Source: Chiloscyllium plagiosum
Lineage: Eukaryota
NCBI RefSeq assembly: GCF_004010195.1
Contig: NC_057753.1
Location: forward strand, 12,232,842-12,296,841
Direction of reading: 5' to 3'
Length of the DNA stretch: 64,000 nucleotides
Both the position numbers and the translations under genes were made by a program. Of the stretch, positions 38,531 through 51,377 are shown piece by piece; the first letter of the stretch is position 1, and the number at the start of each line of letters is the position of its first letter. The notes under the pieces were generated by a model. The model was not told the DNA's origin. It ran no database searches and saw nothing but the letters and a program-made list of their open reading frames with translations.

Positions 38531-39976
38531 TTATTTGCACACAGCGAGAGATGTGAAGGGAGACAACATCACCTTCTTCAGTTCATCTCGGAATTTGTTC
38601 TGGGATATTGCATAAATGAAGACGTTGTTGCAGGAACTTAATATTTGCAGCATGTTCGTCGTTTCTTGGAGAATAAACTGTGGGTCAGTGAAATCTAAGC
38701 CACTGAAATATGCCTCACCTGTAACCCGCACATAGAGGAAGCGCCCGACATAGGTGACCCATAGAAGGAGGAAACTGAGCGAGATAGTGAAGAGCAGTAT
38801 GATGGACCTCTTGCGGTTGGCCATTTCTGAGTCTCCGTGGCTCGCCAAGCCCCGAAGCCTCCTTCGGGCACTGCTGGCCACCAAGATGTATCTAACAGTC
38901 ATGGCATTGAGCAGTAGAATAAGAAGGAACGGGAGAATAGGCGTCAAGATGTGATTCAGCCAGTCATAGGATTTCCATGCAGGTGAGTTATAGTACGTCT
39001 CTCTGAAGTCACAGAACCAGGAAATCCCGTCCACAATGTACAAGGGCTGGTAGACAAAGTAGGAAGGCAGGTTCTTGATACAGCTTAGGACACAAACCAC
39101 TCCAATGAACAGTGATGCAGTTTTTTCAGTGCAGTATCTGGTCTTCATACTCTGGCAGCATATGGCCACGAAACGGTCGATGGTGAATGCCACGGTCAGC
39201 CAGACTGAGCCATCTCGGCTGGTATAGATCATCACAGTGCTGACTGCGCAGGCAGTGGTCGTGGACAGTGTGCTGTGTCGGAAGTAAATGCCACCGATCC
39301 GATTCAGGATGCACCCAGTGATGATCACAAGAAAATCACTCACCGCTATCCCCACCAAGTAATAGGTGGTGCACCCAGAGAGTCCACACCGTCCTCGCAA
39401 TAGTATGACGATCGCCAGCAGGTTGGCTGGGGGAAGTTGCAAAGTATTATTGAACGGACCTGAGTAATCACTAGACATACTTTTAATCTTTAAAATAATG
39501 ACCTACCTGCAATGATTTTCTTCGGGATTATCATGTAATCTGTGCATAAGAATATCGAACGCAACGATAGCGCATTATTCCATACACCAGTAATTTCCAG
39601 CATTGCAACTGAATAGAATTTTGTGCAGTTATTCTGATTAATATTCAGGCAATGCTACATATTACAATTCAAAACTCAATGATGTAATAATCAATTGTTC
39701 CATAATTGCTCAATATTACATTTTGGATAGAATGTTGCTGTGCACTGCAGAGGGTGCAATCGAGGAAAGCTCAATGTTTGACACATGTATAGGGACCTGC
39801 GCTCAATTCCTTCAGTAGTGAAGATCAGAAGAAAAGACATTCCTGAAATTTAATATAAAAGATTTTCTTGCAATTAAAAAACGAATGTTTGGAATCTGTA
39901 ACTTACCAGGGACACCAATAGCAGCAAGAGCTGGATAATAAATGGCATAGAGAGGGCCACTCGCTGGGCCATGCAT
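38531..39976 (-). CDS. Class A GPCR, GPR139/GPR142-like; exon 1 39976-39907, exon 2 39426-38531, 321 aa
   Basis: Exon 1 MHGPASGPLYAIYYPALAAIGVP + GTAAGT donor; acceptor cttcccccag; in-frame join to ANLLAIVILLRG. Seven hydrophobic segments, SVWLTVAFTIDRFVAIC (DRY variant) and NNVFIY (NPxxY variant). The ORF-track N-terminus MSSDYSG... is intronic. Confidence 0.88.
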
Positions 39977-40048
39977 CACTTGTTATAAACTAATGGAATC
40001 ACAAAACTTCTCACTTGAGCTCCGTGACACTAACAAAAAGGTCTCTAA

Positions 40049-40054
40049 TTTATA
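40049..40054 (-). promoter_or_regulatory. Candidate TATA box of the GPCR gene
   Basis: TATAAA on the minus strand about 75 bp upstream of the exon-1 ATG. Confidence 0.35.
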
Positions 40055-41145
40055 ATACTTCAGAATCTCGAGAGTGTTAATTAAGTTTCAACATGTACCT
40101 TCGTTTCAGTCTGGCGAACAAACCTAATTACTCACTATTTAATGCCTTCTGTGTAACATTGGAATGTTGCACAATTGCATATACGTAAACTGAGAATAGC
40201 AACCTGCAAATTGAAAGCCCCCTTCCAAGTGTTTTAATTTCTCCATCAAATGGATTCCCGATTTCAAAACATGAGCTTATGTCTTTTGCCTAATTTGAAG
40301 GAACTCTCAGCCCTTCTCTGCGATTTTTCCAATTGTTTCGTCTCTTTAGTTGTGAAATTAGTTAAAGATTTGCATCCTACGGTTTTGCTGTCTTAACATT
40401 CTTCTATATTTAAAGCTCAACAATTTGAAATAACGATTTACCAATGATGGATGACATCTGAGAAGCATGGTATCTGATACCAGCGCATGAAAACCCTCTA
40501 GCAAATGAGAACAGAAAAATTCCTCGACCAAATGGAGTCTATTCCAGAGTCTTGAATGATGTGGGGAGAGACAGTGATTGCACTGATGGTTATCCTTGGA
40601 AATTCGAGAAATTCCAGAATGGTTCCTGAGGTTTAGAAAGAAAGGGCAAACAACCCAAGTATTTAAGAACAGTGGGATAAGAAAACAGGAACCAAAGACA
40701 TGTTGAATGTTGGTTATAAGGAAAAAGCCACGTCATATAATGAAGGAGACGATAAGTAGTCATTTTGAAATAATGATATGATTGAGATTTCTCAATATGA
40801 AGTTATAAAAGGGAATTAATGTTTGGCAAACCCATTGGAATTCGTTTTGTGGATGCTAATTTTGGCACTAATAAGGGACAATCAGTGTGTGCAATGTATT
40901 TTCGGACATATAAAAGTTTTTGATAACATGCCAGAGAGGAAATCGGTAAATAGATGAGATCTTACGAGATTGATGTTAAGGTGCTGTGATGAAGTAATGA
41001 GGAGAAATCAAACAGTAGAAAGGAATGCGTTATCTTAAGAATGGCCGACTGTTAATAGTTGTATGTCTTAACAATTAGTGACGCAGAGCGTGACAATCAA
41101 ATAATGATTGTGTGAATCATAGTTTTTGGAAACGCATTAATTGGT

Positions 41146-41440
41146 GGGAGGCACGGTGTCACAGTGGTTTGCACTGCTGCCTCACAGCGCCAGAGACCCG
41201 GGTTCAATTTCCGCCTCAGGCGACTGACTGTGTGGAGTTTGCACGTTCTCCTCCGGGTGCTCCGGTTTCCTCCCACAGTCACAAAAGATGTGCAGGTCAG
41301 GTGAATTGGCCATGCTAAATTGCCTGTAATGTTAGGTAAGGGGTAAATGTAGGGGTATGGGTGGGTTGCGCTTCGGCGGGTCGGTGTGGACTTGTTGGGC
41401 CGAAGGGCCTGTTTCCACACTGTAATGTAATCTAATCTAA
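41146..41440 (+). mobile_element. HE1-type SINE with small internal deletion
   Basis: Same family as the 29688 copy; (taatc)n tail. Confidence 0.9.
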
Positions 41441-41519
41441 ATTAATATCATCAAACTAAGTGGTAGCTTAATTCATGTAAGCCGCAGGTAGGCTTTTCAG
41501 TCGAGTCCAGTCATAATGT

Positions 41520-43575
41520 CAAAAAAATCGCACAACAATAGCAATCCAACAAGTTTATCCGGAAGGACTAGCTTTTGGTGAGCTGCTCCTTCGTCAGGTA
41601 GCTAGTGTGGCAGGATCATAGAACACAGCATTTATAATAAAAGATCAAAGTGTCAAATGACTGATGCGATGGATTGAACAAAATCAGATCGCTGTTAAGT
41701 CTTTAATCACTTACAATGAGGATGCAGGTTTCGAATATTGATATGTATATCCCAGAACTGCTTTCACGTCACAGTCCCGATATAAATTAAGGTTTTATTA
41801 GAAAAAAGTGACACCTCAGCTTAGACATTAAATGTGTGTGGTTAGTGTCTGTCTGTATCCCAACCTTAAGTCCGACTATTTTGATTTCCAAAGTAGGAAG
41901 TTTCAAATACCACATGAACTGATTGCCTACAGATTGTGTGTTTTTGAACAAAATAGAATAAACTTGCAAAGACAAATCTGCAAATATAATTTCAACCCAT
42001 CGACTTACATGTGCGTGTGCATGGGTGTGAGGGAGAGAGAGACAGAAAAGATGCGTGTGTGGGAGAGGGAGAAAGTGTGTGTGTCTGTGTGTGTGTATGC
42101 ATATGCGATTGCGTGTGCGCTCATGATGCAATGTGTGCGTGTTGGTGACAGAGTATATGCCTGTGAGAAGATGCGCACATGTGTTTGAGTGTGAATGTGT
42201 ATGTGAGTGTAATTGAGAGAACGTGTGCGTGAGGGAGGATTTGTGTGATTGTTCGAGTGCGATCCTGTGTCCGAGTGTATGTATATGCTGATTTGCTTGT
42301 GTGTCTGTATCAGGGTGTACAACATAGGAGAGTACCCTGTGGTGTGACATGAACCACGATCCCTTTTGAGGATGTCCTCATTAATACTGAAATTGGCTAT
42401 CAGCCTCTTCTCGAAAACTCTGCATTTTTCCGTGTCACAAACTCCTCCAGAAGGCATGGTCACCTGAAGATCCGTGGCCGATCCTCCTTGACCCCTGAAG
42501 TGTTCCACGCCTGGAAAGGTGCTCCCCATTTGGAAATAGTTGTGTGGTTCCAGTCACCCATTCTCTTTGCGTCCGCGTGGTCTCACCAATATATGATGCC
42601 ACAGGGATCCCGGCTTGCAACATTTGAGGCAGACAATTTTGACTGAGTCGCCTGAATATCTGCCACGCACCAGGTGGGTGGTGTCCCCACTTGTGATGAT
42701 AGTATCCATTGTGACATTCTGACACGTCTTGCAGTGGTTGTCATCACAGGTTTGTATAAACAAACCATTGATTGCAACAATTTGCCCATCCTTCAGGATG
42801 ACATTGAACACAACACCAAAGCATACCACTGCAAGACGTGTCAGAGCGTTGACATGGATAATACAATTAAACATTGTGCCACCACCCATCACGTATGCGG
42901 CAGTTACTCATGTGATTCGGGCAACATTGCCGCTCTCATACGCTGCAGGCTAGGTTGCCCTCATGATAGTATAAAGGCGAGGCCACGCGGATGCTAAGAC
43001 AACCAATAAATGAACACTGTGCAGCAATCGCCAAACAGGGATGCTCCCTCTCAGTCGGAGAATACTTCACCCGTGAAGTATATTCTGCTTTGGGTCTTCG
43101 GGTGACCATCCTCCAAGACAGGCTTTGGATGCGTAACAACACAGAATAGTCCAGCAGAAGCTGATCACTGAATTCAGTATCCTGAACCGGGATGTTGGGT
43201 TCATGTCGCACTACAAGGGACGCCACTACACTGTACGCCCTTATACGCACTCTCGCACACTCACACAGACCCTCTCTTACGAACATGTTCTCTCTCAGGC
43301 ACATGCTGTCTCTCAGACACACACAAACACATGCATCTACACATGCACATTCAAACGTGCATCACCTTACAGGCAAACACTCAATCAAACTCGGCCCACA
43401 CACTATCAAGCACGCACGCAGACACTCTCACAGGTACTCACACACTCTTCCCTTCGCTCTCATACACATGCACGAACACACACTTGTAAGTATATGGTGT
43501 GAATTTGCGTTTGCAGATCTGTAGTTGAAGACACATTCTATTTTGTTCGAAAAGTACAGAATATGCAGGCAGTCA
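41520..43575. mobile_element. Penelope-like element (GIY-YIG endonuclease 3' region) in inverted-repeat arrangement
   Basis: YIGETTRTQRE on minus; YHCKTCQ...HVCGSYSCDSGNIAALIRCRLGCP on plus. gacacgtcttgcagtggt (42721) is inverted at 42825; CA/TG-rich tracts mirror each other; a hammerhead-like motif lies at 41571-41597. Confidence 0.8.
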
Positions 43576-44307
43576 GCCCAAATCCAGACTACCAAGGCAG
43601 TCCTCTCTTCTAACCTGAATGTAGAGGAATCGTCTGACATAAGAGCTCCACAGGAATACAAAGCAGTGAGACATTGGGAACAGAAGAACAATGGAACAAT
43701 TGCGCTTGGTCATCTTGTGGTCTTCACTATGCCGAGAGCTTCGGAACCTTTTGTCTGCCCTATTGACCTCTGTGATGACGCTAACGGTGAGGGCGTTGAG
43801 CAATAGAATGATAACGAACGGGTGTTAAGATATGGACATGGTAGCGGTAGATCTGCCAAGCAAACGACGTGTAGAGGATTGTCTTGATGACATAGAGAGA
43901 AGGCATCCCTTCCAGTAGAAGCAAGGGATGAGAGACAAAGTAAAATGGGGCGTTCTTGATGCAGAACAAGGAGCAGATCCCTCTCATGAGGTGCAAAGCA
44001 GTTTTCTCGGTGCAGTTTTTGCTGCTCAGGCTCTGGCAGGAGATGACCACAAAACAACGAATCGTGAAGGTTACTGCCAGCCAGATTGATCCATTTCGCC
44101 TGATGTAAACCACCACTGCGCTAAACACACTCACTATTGTAGTAGACAGGATAGTGTATCTGTAGTAAATGCGGCCGATCCTATTCAGAATGCATCCAGT
44201 GATAATAACAAGGATATCAGCCATAACTATCGCCATTAGATCGTAGGTAATGCCACGCGAGAGTCTGCACTGACCTCGGGATAACATTATGATTGCCATC
44301 AAGTTGG
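43575..44307 (-). pseudogene. GPR139/142-like GPCR pseudogene, 3'-truncated by a Penelope-like element
   Basis: NLMAIIMLSRGQCRLSRGIT...ILNRIGRIYY...SIWLAVTFTIRCFVVISCQS aligns with the intact gene. A frameshift precedes LNALTVSVI...KRNCSIVLLF; the splice acceptor reads CAT instead of CAG; the DRF motif is lost. Confidence 0.85.
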
Positions 44308-44519
44308 ATGGAAGAGGTCAAAAGAGCGAGATGATACTGCTCTAATTTTAAATGACAGCTATTGTCTCATCCAGACTGTTATTGATATCATCTTAAAACA
44401 TCCTTAGCCACTTTCTGGCAATGACTCTTTTAAAATACATAGAGTCACTCTTGGATAAGTCATTTGTAAATCCAATTTCTGCTCTCTGCTCATATCCATT
44501 TGTCCTTCCAAACATTAAA

Positions 44520-44820
44520 GAAGTATAGAATCCCTACTGTGTGGGAAGAGGCTGATAGGCGCATTGAGTATTTAACGAACCTCCAAAGAGCATCCGATCC
44601 ACACTCACCATGTCCCGGTAGGCCCATATCTATCACAGTTAACTCACCTAACATGCATATCCCCTGCTTAACATGATGCCATTTGGCATGGTCAACCCAT
44701 CTAATGTGTATATCTTTGGACTGTGGGAGAAATTCTGACCACGCAGCAAATACCTATCCAGACGCAGGCAAATGTGTAAACTCCACACAGACAAGGGTGG
44801 ATTCGAATTTGTGTTCCAGG
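44520..44820 (-). mobile_element. Degraded SINE
   Basis: tttggactgtgggagaaat...aaactccacacagac, HE1-like. Confidence 0.6.
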
Positions 44821-45249
44821 TAAGTGTACAGTATCCAGTTCATCCCTTGTCCCAGGCACATTACCCTACATTGGCTTCCCGCCTAGCAATGCCTCACTTT
44901 GATATATCTCACTTTCATATTTGTGAGTAGAACAATGTTTCAAGTTGCATCAATTTGAAATTCTAAAACCATCTACTATCACAACGTACCTCCAATTCTG
45001 TCCTCCTGTGCATCCCTGAAGCAGGTCATAGCTGTCACTTCAACCTATAGCTGTTGAGGATCTAATCCCAGGCAGTCCCTCCCTCGCCGACTCTTTCCAC
45101 TCTTCCGAAATAAGGATGCTTCTCATAACCAATCTCTTTGATAAAAAAGAACTTTCCACTCTGTATCCTTCCTTAAAACTTTCGATAGTATTTCATGATA
45201 TTCAGTATTCTGTGGAACATGCCAATCAGACATATTTCAATCAGACATA

Positions 45250-45970
45250 TTGCAATCAGACATAGTGCAACGTGCATGACTCCAGCTTCTGCAATGAAAA
45301 ATAAGAAGAGAAACAGCCATATTGTGTCATCCAACAATCTTCACCTGCTTAATCAGTTGCCTTCCCTCCATCATAATGTCAGAAGTTGGAATATTTGATG
45401 ATGATTTTACAGGGCTCGGAATCTTTTGCCACTCCCCAGGTATTGAAGCAGTTCACCTTCATGATGACATGGAAGATCAGGTCAACACCCAAATTTCTAC
45501 TGATAAGTGAAGGTAACATTCGCATCAGCCAAGTTCCATGCAGTGACCATTTGCAACAGCAAGTATTCTAAACTTTGCATCTAGAGGTTCAATGGCATAA
45601 CCATAGTTGAATCTCCGACTGTCAACAACCTCAGGCATTACCATAGTTCAGAAACTGAGCTTGTTTAACGATATAAATATTGCATCTGCAATGATAAGTG
45701 CGAAGCTTTCAAAAACATTTAAGATGCTCGATTACATCAATTGCAAAGCATTATCATTCACAGGCATCCCATCTTCCTCCTGCAACTTACGTCGTGACAT
45801 TCTATGGACAGCAGTATGCACCATTCGCAAGATACACAGTGGTTACTCACCAACCGTCCACCAGTAATACCTCAAACACTAACGATATCTGCTACCAAGA
45901 CAGACAAGTGAAGAAGATGCATTGAAATAGTGCTTTTGTTCAGGTTCCGCTTCATACCACTCACAATCTT
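45250..45970 (+). mobile_element. Highly decayed copy of the second non-LTR family
   Basis: Aligns by eye with 50270-50900 (cataatgtcagaagttggaatatttgatgatg). Confidence 0.55.
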
Positions 45971-47049
45971 CAGCTGCTGCGTCCCTTTAGGTTTGTCCTT
46001 TATGTAAATGATTTAGTGGAGAATATAAAAGATATGGTTAGTAAGTTTGTGGATGTCACCAGAGGGGATGGTTGATACTGAAGAAGGTTATATAAGATTA
46101 TACAGACGTCTCCAGTATTCTGCTGTGCTGATTTGAAGTATCTGTGTTATTGTGGGATCCAAAAATCCGAACGAAGGGAAATGAGAGGAAATTACAACAG
46201 AAAATATCGACTTGCAAAAGTTAAAGATGGTCAGAAGTGAAGACAATTGGATAGGTGGGCGGAGGTGAAGGACCATAATAATTTCAAGCCAGAAACATTG
46301 AAGGAGAAAAGAGAAAGCAGGGAAATGCAGTAATAATACTTTTGCATGACAGAATCGTGAGAAAAGATCAGATTAAATTACAACTGAATGAAACATGAAG
46401 GTCGTATAGCGGCCTTTCTTTGAACTTTAATAGTTATTTAATCTAACCATCTCAAGAATGCTTCCCTGAAAATTCATCATTTGGTATTGCCCCATCCATA
46501 AATCGTTCATTTCCTGGCAGTGCAAATTTACTAGAGATCCCACCAGAAGGCGTTATAATCACACTCACTGATGCAGCCTCTGTCTTTGTCCGCTGGTAGG
46601 CACTTGGAGTCACGTTCAACACTTGACTTTTCATTTAGTTATGCATCATCTGTAAACTTGTCAGTAGTACATTCACTTCAGTCATTGGTTGGATGGTGTG
46701 TTGACATGTATCGCTGCTTTCTCACCATTCCCATTCAGAAAAGGGAGATTTTACAACAGTGCATTTTTTCTTTGAAATATCCATTGTCCTTGCATGGGCG
46801 CTGAAGGCAATGGCGATATTCATCTCTAATATTGCATGACAATTTGTTGGTGAGCGAACATTTTGGCACACTGCATCTGATATAACTGCATGATGTACAT
46901 TTGCAATGATGCAAGGTTAAGTTAAAGCAAAACAGTTTTTGATACTGTTGAATTCCTCGAATCTAGCAGCAGGCCATTCAGCCTAATTGAATGTAGATTG
47001 TAATCTATATTCCGGAAAACATCCATCCTATTTCTTTAAACACAATTTT

Positions 47050-47225
47050 CCCACGGTCATCTATCGTAGCCTGCACATCACTGAACTGTGGGCGAATATC
47101 AGAACACCCACTGCATCGCAAGAATGTGCAAACTTGACACAGATAGTCGCAGGAGGGTGAAATCTGACCTGCATCTCGAGCGCAGGGAAGCAGCCTTGCG
47201 AACCAGTGAGTCCCTATGCCTCCCA
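47050..47225 (-). mobile_element. Degraded SINE
   Basis: gaatgtgcaaacttgacacagatagtcgc, HE1-like. Confidence 0.55.
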
Positions 47226-47923
47226 ATGGCACTTGCCAGTAATTGCAGTCAAGAAAAATTCGATTCTACCTTCACATTTATTGAAATTTTACTTGTTCAT
47301 TTATTTATTTCTTTATTTGTTTTTCTGACTATTTTCTTAGACCCATAGACCCTTTGCTTCAGTTCCAGCGAAACTCTCGCAGTCAGCGGGGTACTCTGTT
47401 AAATGGGAAACTCCAGTTCTGATACTCGAAAAACATGAAGTACTTTCCATCTCTGGTTTTGCCTACAGAAATAATAAAATGTAAAGAACAACATATCGTT
47501 TAAACTCTGCCCATTATCATTTTGTCACTTGATCAAATTCACTTTGGTATTTAAACCAAAAGCAGAGAATTGCACTAGCTGGAAATGTGAGACAAAAACG
47601 AAAATAGCCGGAGAAACTCAGCAGGTTTGACAATATCTGTGAAGAAAAAAATACAAGTCAAAAGTTTCAAGTCCACTGACCCATTTTCAGAATTTTGTTC
47701 CTTTCTTACAACTGTCATGATATGAAGTGGGGTTTGTAGGATATTGAAAGTGTTTGGGTCAAGAATAAACGAACTTGAAGTCCATTGGCTGTCATCTGGT
47801 ATCTTTGCCAACAATGAACCTATGAGCAACGATCCGGAAATTACTCAATCATTTCCCAACTCTTGACGAAAACAATTTTAGCTCCGACCAGTTTTGCTCA
47901 TTTTCATAGTGATCTCTGAAAAA

Positions 47924-48801
47924 ATGTCGCCCAGAGCTCTGTGTTTACTTCTCACAGCTGCAGCTCTTCTAACTGGTAGGTGCACAACTTGTGGAACTTT
48001 ATGCTTCAACTCTTTGTCGGGAATTACATGTACTCTAACAATTCTAGCATCACAGAAGTAGCAACACATTGTCCCGCGATTGAAATAATCTGGATCTAAA
48101 CTTGTATCAACACTGAGCACAGTTTAGGAGAAATTAGCGAATGCGCTTGCATGAACTAACATGGAAGAGTGAAGCTGGGAATTCAGACAGGACTGAGGTT
48201 GAGACAAAGGCCGGACTTTTAAACTCAACGACTTTTTTTAGTTTTACCGTTTATGTCGGGAGTTAAAATGGGAATTCACCTCTTTAAAAGGTGTGACCCA
48301 TGCCTTCAAGGATGTTTTATTACATTTGTCGAAGCCCTTGCCTGTCGCAATGGCTGCGTTGTATGAAATGGATTCTTGTTCATCTTCCTTGTCTCTTATT
48401 CCTCTGTTTAGTGTTCAAGGTTAATGGGCTAATTCTACGCTATAAGTGTAACGAAGTAACTTTTAAAATTTATTCTCACTCCTATTTCTGACAGGAGTTT
48501 GTCGTGCAGATTCTGTGTCACAATCACCGGCCGTAATCACAGTGAATGAGGCGGATGATGTCCTTTTATTCTGTAATTACACAGCTACATCAAATAGCAA
48601 TCCTTATCTGTTCTGGTACCGTCAGCATTCCAACGGCTCCATGGAGTATCTGCTAAACAGAAACCAATATATCAGGAACACCGAGAATCTTCCAGAAGAT
48701 CGGTTTTCCTCAGAGTTAGATCATGTGAATCGCACTATCCAGCTGAAAGTGTTGACAGCAGAACTGACAGACTTCGCGGTGTATTTCTGCGCACTGAGCC
48801 C
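47924..48801 (+). CDS. TCR alpha/delta-type V gene segment, paralogue of the 35627 V; leader exon 47924-47975, V exon 48495-48801
   Basis: Leader MSPRALCLLLTAAALLT/G with GTAGGT donor; acceptor ctgacag. V reads GVCRADSVSQSPAVITVNEADDVLLFCNYT...LFWYRQ...TDFAVYFCALSP with an open frame. Confidence 0.92.
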
Positions 48802-48840
48802 CACAGAGATTCAGAACTGGGTTGTGTCCTTACAAAAACT
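48802..48840 (+). other. 23-RSS
   Basis: CACAGAG + 23 nt + ACAAAAACT. Confidence 0.9.
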
Positions 48841-49744
48841 GTCAGAGAGCAACTAAACCTGACGGTTTATAAAGGGAGCAGTGAGATCAGGAACGGGTCT
48901 GAAGAGGCTGGCGAATTCACGGTGATATCTCATGCATCTCATTTGAACATAAAACTTTAACCGTTTATTGGAACGAACCAAAGCTGTCAGTTCAATGAAT
49001 GAGAACGAAATAATTTATTTTGTGTCTTTTGAAATTTCCCACGGTGTTTCACTGTTTCAGTGATGATGTGGTGAAGAAAATGCATGAACCAGTTTAGGTT
49101 AAACAAAACTCTCCACCGACAAAGGGAATTGCAGCATTCCGTTTGAGAGACAACAACTTGCCACGAGATTGTAATAATCAATCACTCTGGTAACTTGAAC
49201 AATGTCAAACGCGTTGCAAGTTATTGACTACTGCCCTTGTACCTCAATATTTGGAGCCTCTGAACGGTGAATCATAGAGTTGACTGGTTCAGGATAATGC
49301 AGTCTTCGTTAAACTACCAATAAGAAATCGGGATCGAACTCTCATCTGAACAGCGGTAAACAGTGAAAGACGTTTTGTAGCGATTGATTAATGAGTCAGA
49401 GCCACCGATGAAAGTCTCAGTCACATGACATTTCTTCTGGTGGCAGGGCGTAAATGAACATTTTCCATCGTCTGTGGAAAAGTCTGATCTGGACATTTAA
49501 GTTGTGTAAAGACTAAAGAGTTCCTCTTCTCCCACTGGTGACACCTGAGAAAAAAGGACAGATTCCTAGTTCGAAAGTGAGTCATAAAAGAGATATTCCT
49601 GACTCTGGTGTGATCGAATCAAGTGTAATCTGCTTCTACAGAATAGGGGATGCACATAGAACTTGGCATCCCTCAGGTGTTACTAGATTCTGAACAGTCA
49701 GAATAACTCTTTCGTTATAGAAGACGTGTACCCTGTTGATGAGT

Positions 49745-50910
49745 GTCATGAGCAGTCATGGGAGTGTCTGATTAGCAGCTACACGACAGTGTGAAAAATT
49801 GCACAGGTATGTCCTGTACACAACAAAGCAGGATAAATCCAACCTGGGCAATTACCATCCAAACAGTCGCCTCTCCATCATTAGTAAAGTGATGGAAGGG
49901 GTCATCACCAATGCTATCTAACAGCACTTGCTCAGCAACCGCCTTCTCAGTAACCAACAATTTGGGTTTCACCAGGGTCAGTCAGCTCCGGATCTCATTA
50001 CAGCCTTGGTTCAAACATGGATGAAAGAGCTAAATTCCAGAGATGAGGGGAGAGTGACAGCCCGTGACATCAAGGCCGCAATTCACCGAGTATAGCATCA
50101 AGGAGCCCTAGCAAAACTGGAATCAATTGATATCAGCAGGCAAAGATGCCGCTGGTTACAGTCGCACCTGGCACAAAGGAAGATAGTTGTGGTTGTGGAG
50201 GGTCAGAAATCTCAGCTCCAGGACATCTCTGCGGCAGTCCCTCAGGGTAATGCACTAGACCTAACAAACTTTAGCTGGTTCATTGACAGATCGACGATCT
50301 GTCATAAGTTCAGAAGTGGGGATGGTCGCTGATGATCGCATGGTGTTCAGAATCATTTGCAACTCTTCAGGCACTGAAGCAGTTCGTGCTCAAATGCAAC
50401 ACAATCTACACAATATCTATACTTGGGCCGACAAATAGCAAGTAACATTCGCGCCACACAAGTAGCGGACAATGATAATCAACAATAAGAGACACTCTAA
50501 CCACCGCCCCTTGACATTCAACGGTATTACCATCATAGAGTCCCCCACTGGCAACATCCTTGGGTTACCATTGACCAGAAACTCAGTTGGACTCACCGCA
50601 TGAACACAATGGCAGCAAGAGCAGGTCAGAGACTAGGGATACTGCGACGAGTAACTCACTTTCTGACATCCCAAAGTCTATCCAATATCTACAAGGCACA
50701 AGTCATGAGCATGATGGAACAGTCCACTCTTGTCTGGACGCGTGCGGCTGGATCAACACTCAAGAAGCTTGACACCATCCAGGACAAAGCAACCCACTTG
50801 ATTGATACTACATATACAAATATTGAATCCCTCCACCACTGATGCTCAGTTGCAGCAGTATGTACCATTTACAAGATGCACTGCAGAACTGTACCCAGCA
50901 TCCTAAGAAA
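49745..50910 (+). mobile_element. Non-LTR retrotransposon RT fragment (CR1/L2 group, second family)
   Basis: NYHPNSRLSIISKVMEGVI, QFGFHQGQSAPDLIT, DIKAAIHRV, VPQG, ADD-type motif; contains stops. Confidence 0.8.
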
Positions 50911-51377
50911 TCAAGCCAGAGTTGGAGGATTTGAGCTGTAGTGAGAGGCTGAACAGGCTGGAGCTGTTTTCTTGAAGCTTTGGATGCTGAGGGGTTACGT
51001 TTTAGAAGTTCATAAAATCATGAAGATCATGGATAGGGCGATCAGACCAGATTTCTTCTCCGGGAGGTAGGAGCCCAGTCATAGAGGGCATAGGTTTAAG
51101 GTGAGAGGAGAAAGACTTCAAAGTGATCTAAGAGGCAACCTTTTCACGAGGGGTGTTGCACACATATGGAATGAGCTTCGCAAGGAAGCGTTTGAGGCTG
51201 GTACAATTACAAAATTCAAAAGGAATCTGAATGAATATGAATAGGAAGGGTTTAGATGGATATGGGCAAAATTCCTTCAAATGGAGCTAGATTTGTTTGG
51301 GATATCCGGAAAGCATGGACGAATTGAACCAAAACGTCTCTTTCAGTTCTGTACATCTCTGTGACTGTATGACTCTA
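50911..51377 (+). mobile_element. CR1 LINE 3' end with tail
   Basis: Same family as 16121/18195; ends tgtacatctctgtgactgtatgactct. Confidence 0.8.

Noticed and set aside
39427-39478. ORF-track N-terminus MSSDYSGPFNNTLQLPP for the GPCR
   Set aside because: Intronic; a proper exon 1 supplying the first half of TM1 is at 39976-39907.
41787-43524. His/Thr- and Cys/Val-rich ORFs
   Set aside because: Translations of CA/TG-rich tracts within the Penelope-like element.
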